A DNA stretch of 64,000 nucleotides from a bacterium. Its GTDB lineage: Bacteria; UBA8248. The notes under the pieces were generated by a model, which saw only the letters and a program-made list of their open reading frames with translations, did no database searches and was not told where the DNA came from. This document shows positions 26,575 to 34,852 of the stretch, piece after piece. Every line of letters begins with the position of its first letter. Within the stretch, counting starts at the first letter, position 1. The stretch spans positions 7,805 to 71,804 of the forward strand of contig JAJDYR010000037.1 of the NCBI GenBank assembly GCA_022825065.1, in the 5' to 3' direction. Position numbers and translations under genes: made by a program.

Positions 26575-27393
26575 CTACTCGCCGGGTTGTTGTTTATGTT
26601 TTTTGATGGCCGCCATCGCCTGCTCGCGGTCTTCGGGGTCCTCGACGCGGCTCGCCGTATCGATGGCGGCGTCGATTTGCCCGGCCTCCGCCTGCGCCAC
26701 GGCGATGTCCCGATAGGCCCAGGAGCGATAAAGCGCCTTGCTGATGCCGCTCGCCGAGTTGAGGGCGGCGGGGAAATCTCTCGCCTGTCCCTGGGCCGTG
26801 GTGATTTCCTGCAAGGCCCAGGAGCGCCAGGCGGGGTCTCCGATTTCCCGCGCGTTCTGAACGGCGGCGGTGAAATCCCCCGCCTCGGCCATGTCCATGA
26901 CGCTTCGCCACGCTTTTTCGGAAAGGCTTTTTTCGTCGCGGATCTCCTCGACCGCCTCCAGGGCGGCGTTCAGCGTATGGGAGGCGATGGCAGCGGCGGG
27001 ACCGCTCTGAACGGCGGAGAAGTGCTTGAGCGCCTCCATTCGATCGTCGGGGTCGTCGATGCGGCGTATCGTCTCGATGGCTTCGCTGATTTGCCCCGCC
27101 CTTGCCTGCGCGATGGCGATTTCCCGCAAGGCGGAGGCGTAGAAAAGAGAGCTTCCGATGCCCCGCGCGGTCTCGATGGCGGCGTCGATATCCCCCGCCT
27201 TCGCCTGTGAGCCGGCGAGCTCGCTCAGATGAATGGAGCGGTTGACGATCTCGCTGAGGAATCGGGTGTTTTCAGCCTCGGGCGTTTCCTCCCGGATTTC
27301 CGCGCTTTCCGGCAGGAATGAAGACGGAGCCGTCTCCTCGGCTTCGCGCGAACCCCCCAGAAATCGCTTGAAACTCCGGAGTAAGTTTTTCAT
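26575..27393 (-). CDS. Tandem-repeat protein (about 7 x ~33-aa A/I/E-rich helical repeats), function unknown
   Basis: Start ATG 27393 with a GGGAGG RBS. The repeats have the form ...AGxIxxAIxTAxxIxDPxxRxxALxxIAxAQAxAG... Confidence 0.45.
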   Translation of the reverse strand: MKNLLRSFKRFLGGSREAEETAPSSFLPESAEIREETPEAENTRFLSEIVNRSIHLSELAGSQAKAGDIDAAIETARGIGSSLFYASALREIAIAQARAGQISEAIETIRRIDDPDDRMEALKHFSAVQSGPAAAIASHTLNAALEAVEEIRDEKSLSEKAWRSVMDMAEAGDFTAAVQNAREIGDPAWRSWALQEITTAQGQARDFPAALNSASGISKALYRSWAYRDIAVAQAEAGQIDAAIDTASRVEDPEDREQAMAAIKKHKQQPGE

Positions 27394-27639
27394 ACGGCAC
27401 CTCCCATATCCCGTACGGGAGAGATCGCCATGGTGCCAGGCGAACGTAAACATCACCTCGATATGATTGCATCGCGTTATGAAATCATTATCTTCGTATT
27501 CACTTTGCATTGCAATAAATTAAGGACTTCATCGCTGAAATTACGGGCTCCCGCCATGAAAGTGAGAAGCAGAATCGAAAAACCCGAAAACCGGCGGCCG
27601 ACGCCGCATCCGGCGCAGGGCAGGAAATTGGCGCGGTTT

Positions 27640-29676
27640 CTACTCCTCGATCGCCTCGGCGACGAGCTCTGCGATGTCGGCGGCGCGGATGCTCTTCTCC
27701 GGGTCGAGCGCCTTGAGCGCGTCGTCGAACATCTGCATGCAGAAAGGACACGACACGGCGGCGGTTTCGGCGCCGCAGGCCTTCACGTCCTCGAGACGCT
27801 CGTGGTTGATGCGCTTTTGGGGCTCGTCGTCCATCCAGGCGTAGCCGCCGCCTGCGCCGCAGCACAGCGAGCGCGAGCGGTTGCGCGCGAGTTCGGTGAA
27901 GCCGCCGTCCGATATCTGGTGGAGCACTTCGCGCGGGGCGTCGTACACGCCGTTGTGGCGGCCCAGGTAGCAGGGGTCGTGGTAGGTGAGGGAGCCGAGC
28001 GATTTCTTGAGCTTGAGTTTTCCTGATTTTATCAACTCCGCGATGAGTTGCGTGTGGTGCACCACCTCGTAGTTTCCCCCGAAATCGGGGTATTCGTTCT
28101 TGTACGTGTTGAAGCAATGCGGGCAGGTGGTGATGATTTTCTTGACCTCATAGCCGTTCAGGGTCTCGATGTTCTGCTTCGCGCACATCTGGAAGGTGAA
28201 CTCGCCCCCGACCCGCCGCGCGGGGTCGCCCGTGCAGACCTCCTCCGCGCCCAGGATGGCGAAGTCCACGCCCGCGGCCGAGAGAATCTTCACCATCGCC
28301 CTCGATACCTCGATGTTGCGGTCGATCATCGAACCCGTGCAGCCCACCCAGTAGAGGTATTCCGCCTTCCCGCCGCTTGCGAGGACTTTCACGTCGAGCC
28401 CCTCGTACCACTCCTCGCGGTTGTGCTGCGCGCCCACCCAGGGGTGGAGCCGCTCGTCCATGGATTTCAGGAACTGGCGCGCGTCCTCGCTCGTCTTCGA
28501 TTCCATCATCACCAGGTAGCGGCGCATGTCCACCATTTTGGGGATGTGCTCGATGAAGACGGGGCATTCCTGCTGGCAGGCCCCGCAGGTGCGGCAGCCC
28601 CAGAGCTCTTCCTCCAGGACAGCCGGATTGTCCGCCGGTTCTCCGAACAGGGGCGGCCTCTCGCTTGTATCGCCGTTTTCCGCAAGCGCCGCAGGTCCCG
28701 CCTCGCTCAGGTGCGCCTTCATGTCCTGGATCAGCTTTTTGGGGCTGAGCGGCACGCCGCTCATGTAGGCGGGGCAGACGTCCTGGCAGCGCCCGCAGTT
28801 CGTGCAGGCGTCCAGGTCCAGCAGGTTCTTCCAGGTGTACCCCTCGATCTTCTCCACGCCCAGGGTTTCGATGGCCTCGGGGTCCGCTTCCATCGTCGCC
28901 TCGATGTCGATGAAGCTCAGCTTGCCGCTGGGGCCGAGGTTTCTGCAGAACATGTTCAACAGGCCGTACCAGATGTGGTTGAACTTCCCGAATCCCATGT
29001 AGCCGAGCAGCACGAACGCGGAAATCGCGTGGAACCACCAGTTGATGCGGTGGAGGAACCGGAGCGTCTCCACGCTCAGCCCCTGGAGGGTCAGGGCGAC
29101 CGCGTAGCCGCCGGGCGACCACGGGGCCAGGGAGGGGTTGTCCCGTAGTTCCGTCGCCGCGATGCGCAGCCCCTCCACGACGAAGCCCTGCACGAAGACG
29201 AGCAGGAGCAGCCACAGCGCAATGTAGTCGTCCAGCACGGAATTCATGCGCTCGGGCTTCACCACCAGGCGTCGCCACAGGGCCATCACGATGCCGACGA
29301 TCCCCAACAGCCCGAAGCCGTCGCTCAGCAGCGAGTAGCCCAGGTAGAGGTTTCCCTTGAGGTAGTGGATTCCCGTCCATTCCTGAACGGCGATCATCGA
29401 GGTGGCGATGAGTTCGGCGAAAAAGCCGTAGAAGATGAAGAGATGGATGAGGCCGGGGTAGGTGTCCCGCAGCATCCGGCGGTGGAGCACCAGCTCGTCC
29501 ACGACGCCCCAGAGGCGTTTTGCCGGATTATCGGTTCTGAGCTCCCCCCCGCCCAGGCGCCAGAGGCGCACGCGCTGGTAGACGCCGTAGGACATCACGC
29601 CGACCGCCGCCGCGGCGAAAAGATATACAAGGGGGCCTAGGACGATGTTCCAGTAGATTTCCCGGGTGGGTGTCAT
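27640..29676 (-). CDS. Fused membrane cytochrome-b-like domain / HdrD-GlpC-like Fe-S oxidoreductase with CCG domains
   Basis: The N-terminal ~330 aa are polytopic with conserved His (NarI/DsrM-like). These are followed by two CX2CX2CX3CP ferredoxin motifs ([12 protein letters not shown]; [12 protein letters not shown]) and two Cys-rich CCG domains (...CCGAGGG..., ...SCPFCMQMF). Confidence 0.75.
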   Translation of the reverse strand: MTPTREIYWNIVLGPLVYLFAAAAVGVMSYGVYQRVRLWRLGGGELRTDNPAKRLWGVVDELVLHRRMLRDTYPGLIHLFIFYGFFAELIATSMIAVQEWTGIHYLKGNLYLGYSLLSDGFGLLGIVGIVMALWRRLVVKPERMNSVLDDYIALWLLLLVFVQGFVVEGLRIAATELRDNPSLAPWSPGGYAVALTLQGLSVETLRFLHRINWWFHAISAFVLLGYMGFGKFNHIWYGLLNMFCRNLGPSGKLSFIDIEATMEADPEAIETLGVEKIEGYTWKNLLDLDACTNCGRCQDVCPAYMSGVPLSPKKLIQDMKAHLSEAGPAALAENGDTSERPPLFGEPADNPAVLEEELWGCRTCGACQQECPVFIEHIPKMVDMRRYLVMMESKTSEDARQFLKSMDERLHPWVGAQHNREEWYEGLDVKVLASGGKAEYLYWVGCTGSMIDRNIEVSRAMVKILSAAGVDFAILGAEEVCTGDPARRVGGEFTFQMCAKQNIETLNGYEVKKIITTCPHCFNTYKNEYPDFGGNYEVVHHTQLIAELIKSGKLKLKKSLGSLTYHDPCYLGRHNGVYDAPREVLHQISDGGFTELARNRSRSLCCGAGGGYAWMDDEPQKRINHERLEDVKACGAETAAVSCPFCMQMFDDALKALDPEKSIRAADIAELVAEAIEE

Positions 29677-29850
29677 GTGAGAATCCTGTGGGGCGATTCG
29701 TTGCGTTTTCGTTCATTGCTGGTGTTCCGAGGTTACGAAAACTCGGCCGAAAAGTCGATACACTTCCGGGTTCATTTGAAACGCGGCTTTCTTTACAGGA
29801 TAATCGGAACTTCAACCTTATGGAGTGCACCGAAGCGCGGAGGCGGCGGA

Positions 29851-30263
29851 TGAGCGAGAGAAAAATACGGGTGCTGGTCGGAAAACCCGGCCTCGACGGT
29901 CACGACAGGGGGGCGAAGGTGGTCGCGCGTGCGCTCCGGGACGCCGGCATGGAGGTCATTTACACGGGCATCCGCCAGACGCCCGAGCAAATCGCCTCGA
30001 CCGCCATGCAGGAAGACGTCGACTGCGTGGGTCTCTCGATACTCTCGGGCGCGCACAACCACCTGTTTCCCAGAATCCGTGAATTGCTGGATTCGCACGG
30101 CATGGACGACGTTCTGCTCTTTGGCGGCGGCATCGTGCCCGATGAGGACATTCCCTTTCTCAAGGAAAGGGGGGTGGACGAGATTTTCACTCCGGGCGCG
30201 ACGATGGAGGATATCGTCGCCTATGTGCGCGAAACGGTGTCCGGGCGCAGGGAGAGCGCCTGA
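29851..30263 (+). CDS. Stand-alone cobalamin (B12)-binding domain protein (methylmalonyl-CoA mutase C-terminal domain-like)
   Basis: ~137 aa with the B12-binding DxHxxG motif ([12 protein letters not shown]) and a Rossmann-like fold ([13 protein letters not shown]). Confidence 0.7.
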
Positions 30264-30365
30264 GGTCGCGGCTTCATTGCGGCGCAAAGGCGCAGTTCGT
30301 ATACTGCGCGCTCATGAGCGGGACGGAGCGCTTCCTTCTGAACGGGAAACTCTTGGAGCGGCTGG

Positions 30366-30836
30366 ATGAAGAACTTTTGGTTCATGGGATTGGCGGTCTG
30401 CTTGCTGCTCGTCTCCGCCTGTCAGCAAAAGCCCATCGAAAGGGCGGTGCGCGGTTCTCTGGCCCCTGCGGAGGAGAACGTGGTCGTCACGTCCTACTGC
30501 CAGAGCTGTCATCTGCACGCGAGTTTCCAGGCGGACCCCCACGTCGAGAAGCAACAGCTTCGCTATGACGAGAAAAGCCCGCTGCGCGCGACCACCCGGT
30601 GCCTCGCATGCCACCTCGTTCGCCCCGAGACGTTCTTCAAGGAAGAGCTGCGCAGCACCACCTTTCCGCACGGCGCATTGGTCGACATCGCCAAGATACC
30701 CAAGCCGAAGCCCACACCCCTCCTGAAAAGAGAGAAAGGCGAGGGCCCCGCGCCCAAGCTAGAGGCTCCCCCCGAAGTCAAGAAGAAAGAGCCCGCGAAG
30801 AAGAAAAAGCGCTGGTATTTCCTTTATCTCTTCTGA
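30366..30836 (+). CDS. Di-heme c-type cytochrome lipoprotein
   Basis: Lipobox LLLVSAC. Two CxxCH haem-binding motifs (CQSCH, CLACH). Lys/Pro-rich C-terminal tail. Confidence 0.6.
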   Translation: MKNFWFMGLAVCLLLVSACQQKPIERAVRGSLAPAEENVVVTSYCQSCHLHASFQADPHVEKQQLRYDEKSPLRATTRCLACHLVRPETFFKEELRSTTFPHGALVDIAKIPKPKPTPLLKREKGEGPAPKLEAPPEVKKKEPAKKKKRWYFLYLF

Positions 30837-31633
30837 GTCGGGTCGAGCAGGTCTCTCAGCCCGTCGCCCAGGATGTTCAGGCCCATGACGGTTAAGGCGA
30901 TGGCGATTCCCGGATAAATCGTCAGGTGCGGGGCGACGAGCAGAAAATCGCGCCCCTCGGCCAGCATCGCCCCCCAGCTCGGCTCGGGCGGCTGTATCCC
31001 CAGTCCCAGGAACGAGAGCCCGGATTCGGCGAGAATCGCTCCCGCCATGCCGATGCTCGCCTCCACGATGACCGGGGAGATGACGTTCGCGAGCAGGTGG
31101 AGGGTGAGGATTCGCCCGGGCGTGGCGCCCGCGGCCAGGGCGGCAGTCACGAATTCGCGCTCGCGCAACGCCAGCACCTGCGCGCGGACGAGGCGCGCGT
31201 AGCCCACCCACCCGAACACCGAGAGCGATATGACGATGTTCCACAGGCTCGGCGCGAGCACGGACATGAGCGCGATGGCGAGCAGGATGCCCGGAAAGGC
31301 CAGGAACACGTCGGTGACGCGCATGATCGCCTCGTCCCACACCCCGCCGAGATAGCCTGCGATTCCCCCGATGATGACGCCCAGGAGAACGGATACCGAG
31401 ACGGCTGCGAAGCCCACGGTGAGCGATATCCTCCCGCCGTGCAGGACGCGGCTCAGGATGTCGCGGCCGAGCTTGTCCCGCCCGAAGGGGTGCGCCGTCT
31501 CGGGAGCCGCAAGGCCTTGGGACAGCTCCATCTCATAAGGGTTTTGGGGCGAGAGGAGGGGAGCGGCCAGGGTGGCGGCCAGCAAGAGGGCGATGATGCC
31601 GCCTCCGAGATAGATGGACAGCCTGCGTCTCAT
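30824..31633 (-). CDS. ABC peptide/nickel-type transporter permease (DppC/OppC-like)
   Basis: C-terminal 270 aa of the 614-aa ORF; start MRRRLSIYLGG at 31633. ATGA overlap with the upstream permease gene. Confidence 0.8.
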   Translation of the reverse strand: MRRRLSIYLGGGIIALLLAATLAAPLLSPQNPYEMELSQGLAAPETAHPFGRDKLGRDILSRVLHGGRISLTVGFAAVSVSVLLGVIIGGIAGYLGGVWDEAIMRVTDVFLAFPGILLAIALMSVLAPSLWNIVISLSVFGWVGYARLVRAQVLALREREFVTAALAAGATPGRILTLHLLANVISPVIVEASIGMAGAILAESGLSFLGLGIQPPEPSWGAMLAEGRDFLLVAPHLTIYPGIAIALTVMGLNILGDGLRDLLDPTQKR

Positions 31634-32550
31634 GTGAGCCTCACGCGCGGGTCGAGCCAGGCGTAGGCGATGTCTGCCAGAAAGTTCGCGCTCACGTAGA
31701 CGGCGGCGATGAACAGCACGCAGCCCTGCACGAGCGGGTAGTCGCGAGAGGCGATGGCCTGGATCACCAGGCGGCCCACGCCGGGCCAGGCGAAGACGGT
31801 CTCGGTGATGATGGCGCCCGAGAGCAGGGCGCCGAGCTGGAGGCTCAGGATCGTGATGAGCGGCAGGCACGCGTTCTTGAGCGCGTGGAGCCAGAGCACC
31901 TTTTTCTCGGAAATGCCCTTGGCGCGCGCCGTGCTGATGTAGTCTTGCGGCAGCACGTCCAGCAGGCTCGAGCGCGCCATGCGCATCAATATCGGCGAGA
32001 GCGCGGCGCCGAGCGTCACGGCGGGGAGGATGAGGCTCAACACTCCCTCCCGGCCCGAGACGGGGAACCAGCCCAGGTTGATGGAAAAGACGATGATGAG
32101 CAGCGGCCCGAGCCAGAAGACGGGCATGCTCGCGCCCGCCACGGCGAGAAAACCTGCGCCCAGGTCGAGCGCCGTGCCCTGTCGGCGCGCCGCGGCGATT
32201 CCCAGCGGGAGCGAGATGAGCAGCGCGACGGCCATCGAGGCGAGCGTGAGTTCCGCCGAGGCGTAGGTGCGCTCGAAGATGATGGCCGACACCGCTCTTT
32301 TCTGGTGGAGCGAGGTGCCCAGGTCTCCGCGCAGGAGACCTCCCATGTAGTCCGCGTATTGAACGCCCAGGGGCCTGTCCAGCCCCAGCGTCTTGCGCAG
32401 TTGTTCGCGCTGGGCTGGGCGGGCGGTTTCGCCCAGCATCAGGTCCACCGGGTCGCCCGGCAGCACCTGGGTGACGATGAAGACGAGCGTCATCACCCCC
32501 CACAGGACGGGGATGAGGAGCAGAATGCGTCTTAAGAGGAATTTTCTCAT
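31630..32550 (-). CDS. ABC peptide/nickel-type transporter permease (DppB/OppB-like)
   Basis: 306 aa with the typical BPD_transp_1 core (...STARAKGISEKKVLWLHALKNA...). Confidence 0.85.
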   Translation of the reverse strand: MRKFLLRRILLLIPVLWGVMTLVFIVTQVLPGDPVDLMLGETARPAQREQLRKTLGLDRPLGVQYADYMGGLLRGDLGTSLHQKRAVSAIIFERTYASAELTLASMAVALLISLPLGIAAARRQGTALDLGAGFLAVAGASMPVFWLGPLLIIVFSINLGWFPVSGREGVLSLILPAVTLGAALSPILMRMARSSLLDVLPQDYISTARAKGISEKKVLWLHALKNACLPLITILSLQLGALLSGAIITETVFAWPGVGRLVIQAIASRDYPLVQGCVLFIAAVYVSANFLADIAYAWLDPRVRLT

Positions 32551-34101
32551 TTATCGCCTCGCCGCCGGGGAGAGGGTGGCTTTCGCGAGCGAGATGAAGT
32601 CCGCGTCCGGGAACACCCGGTAGCCCGATATGCGCCTGTCGAAGACGGCCACGTTCACGCTGTGCCAAAGATTGATGTAGGGAAGCTCGCGGCCCAGGAT
32701 GCGCTGCACCTCGCCGTAGATGCGGGCCCGGGCCTCAGGCGCGATGGGTTGGCGAGCTTTCTCCAGAAGCGTGTCGATGCGCGCGTTTTTGTAGAGGCCC
32801 CGGTTGAGTCCGGCCGGAGGGATGAAGCGGCTGTGAAAGATATAGCGGTAGATGTCGGGGTCCGATATGCCGACCCACGTCAGGCTGTAGAGCTGGAAAT
32901 TTCCGTTTCTGATGTCGCCGAAAAACGTCCCCCACTCATAGGAGCGGATTTTCATCTTGATTCCCACGCGGGCGAGCTGATGGCCGAGCACGGTGGCGAT
33001 GCGGCGTCCCAGTTCGTTTTGCGAGGTCTTGTAGACGAGCGTGAAGCGCGGTTCGGGCCCCGGCCCGTCGGGGTCGGGGTAGCCCGCCGCATCGAGGAGT
33101 CTCATCGCCAGCTCCGGGCGGTGCGCGTAGTCGGGAAGGCCCTTTCGGTGCGCCCAGTGATCCGGCGGCAGCAGGCTGTCCGCCTCCTGGACGAGGCCCT
33201 TGTGGATGAAACGCACGATGGGCCGCCTGTCGATGGCGTGGGCGATCGCGCGCCGCACCTCGAGTTTGGAGAGAATCGGGTCGCTCATGTTGAAGCCGAT
33301 GTAGGTGAAGTTCGTGCCCAGGCGCTTTCGAATCTTGAGCCGCTTGTTCTTGATGAAGCGCGGCAGAATATCGGGCGAAAAAGCGTTCTGGAGAAAATCG
33401 ACCCCTCCGCTTTCGAGTTCCAGGACGCGGATGGTCTCCTCCGGCAGAATCCGGAAGATGAGGCGCTCGAAGGCGGGTTTGCCGGCGAAATGACCGGGGA
33501 ACGCCTTAAGCGTGATTCGTACGTCCGGCGTGAATTCCACGAACTCGAACGGGCCGGTGCCGACGGGTTTTCGGGCGAATCGGCTCCCCGCCTCGCGTGC
33601 GCTTTTGGGGAGAATGCCGATCATGAGGGACTCCGCGAACGAGGCGGAGGGTTCTTTGAGATGAAAGACGACGCTGTGCGGCGTGGGCGTTTCGATGCGC
33701 GCGAGTTCATTGAGTCCCGCCGCCCTGGGGGAGGCGAGAGAAGGATCGCGAATGGAGTCGAAAGTGTATTTCACGTCGGACGAGGTGAGGGCTTCACCGT
33801 TATGGAACCGCACCCCGCGTTTGAGTTCGAAGCGGTGGACGAGGGGCGTGGGCCGCTCCCATTTCTCGGCGAGTTCCAGGACGATGCGGCCCTCGTGGTC
33901 ATTCGATATCAGGCGGCTGAAGATGAAGCGCTGCACCTTGGAGGAGATGGCGTCCTGCGACAGCCTCGGGTCGAGTTGCGTGGGGTTGGTTCCGATGCCG
34001 ACGACGATGGCGTCGTTTTTGGGGGAACGTTCCTCCCCGCAGCCGGATAGAAACGCGCACGCGAACGAGAGGACGAGAAGAGCGAGCGATTTATTTCTCA
34101 T
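32551..34101 (-). CDS. ABC transporter substrate-binding lipoprotein, family 5 (DppA/OppA-like)
   Basis: Signal/lipobox LLVLSFACAFLSGC (start MRNKS at 34101). SBP_bac_5 family regions. Confidence 0.8.
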   Translation of the reverse strand: MRNKSLALLVLSFACAFLSGCGEERSPKNDAIVVGIGTNPTQLDPRLSQDAISSKVQRFIFSRLISNDHEGRIVLELAEKWERPTPLVHRFELKRGVRFHNGEALTSSDVKYTFDSIRDPSLASPRAAGLNELARIETPTPHSVVFHLKEPSASFAESLMIGILPKSAREAGSRFARKPVGTGPFEFVEFTPDVRITLKAFPGHFAGKPAFERLIFRILPEETIRVLELESGGVDFLQNAFSPDILPRFIKNKRLKIRKRLGTNFTYIGFNMSDPILSKLEVRRAIAHAIDRRPIVRFIHKGLVQEADSLLPPDHWAHRKGLPDYAHRPELAMRLLDAAGYPDPDGPGPEPRFTLVYKTSQNELGRRIATVLGHQLARVGIKMKIRSYEWGTFFGDIRNGNFQLYSLTWVGISDPDIYRYIFHSRFIPPAGLNRGLYKNARIDTLLEKARQPIAPEARARIYGEVQRILGRELPYINLWHSVNVAVFDRRISGYRVFPDADFISLAKATLSPAARR

Positions 34102-34256
34102 CTGGTCATACCGGTGGGCGAGAGACATCTGGAGATTCGCATACGCCGCGTCTCATCGTCAACGCGGCGCGTCCTCGTGGTTTACAGCCCGTTCCGGGCG
34201 GATTAAGATTCCCCTCGCTGGTGATTATTGACTCGATGATCCGGAGGTTTTCCCCG

Positions 34257-34802
34257 ATGAGATGGAGCAGGTGTCATTTGAAGCGAACTTTGCGCTTGGT
34301 GGTGACGGCGCTCGCTTTCGTATTCATGAGTGTGAGCGTGGCGGCGGCGCCTTTCGATGAGAACCGCCCCAAGGTGGGGGAGGAGGCGCGCGAGTTCGAA
34401 ATTCAGGGCTTCAAGCTGTCCGACCTCAAGGGCAGGAAAAATCTCGTGATGGTCTTCTATCGGGGCCACTTCTGAGTCATTTGCCAGCGGCAACTCGTCG
34501 AGTTCCAGAGATTTTCCGAAAAAATTCATCGGCTGCAGACCGAAATCGTCGCCGTCAGCGCGGACAATGCGCTTGAAATGAACAGGACGACGCGGGAGTT
34601 GGGCATCCGGTATCTGCTGATCTCGGACCCGAAGAAGCGAATCATCCAACACTTCGGGGTGCTGCATCCCAGAGAAGGGATCGCCCGGCCCGCCACCATC
34701 ATCATCGACAAGAGCGGCGTGGTTCGCTACGTTCACGTGGGCAAATACCCCAGCGACCGCCCCTCGGTTCAGCAGGTGATGCAGGCCCTCGCTTTTTTGT
34801 GA
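34257..34802 (+). CDS. Periplasmic thioredoxin-fold TlpA/AhpC-TSA-family protein with in-frame TGA at 34473-34475 (candidate selenocysteine; UxxC motif)
   Basis: ORFs 34221-34475 and 34578-34802 share one frame across a single TGA. Read-through gives ...LSDLKGRKNLVMVFYRGHF-U-VICQRQLVEFQRFSEKI...EIVAVSADN...IRYLLISDP, which aligns with FYPxxFTPVCTxE / WCxxC of AhpC-TSA/TlpA proteins. Signal peptide RTLRLVVTALAFVFMSVSVAAA. Confidence 0.5.
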
Positions 34803-34852
34803 GAATGATGCCCGGTATTCCCGCCCCGCCCGGAGCGTGATGGACACCGAAT

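Noticed and set aside
30824-32668. 614-aa single ORF spanning the permease region
   Set aside because: Only the C-terminal ~270 aa (from MRRRLSIYLGG, 31633) is a DppC-like permease. The N-terminal part is an Arg/Pro-rich artefact overlapping the real dppB gene (31630-32550), which is in another frame.
34221-34256. Upstream ATG (34221) as the start of the thioredoxin-fold gene
   Set aside because: The product from 34257 (MRWSRC...) begins directly with a signal-peptide-like segment. The 12 extra residues add nothing recognisable. Either start is compatible with the TGA read-through finding.
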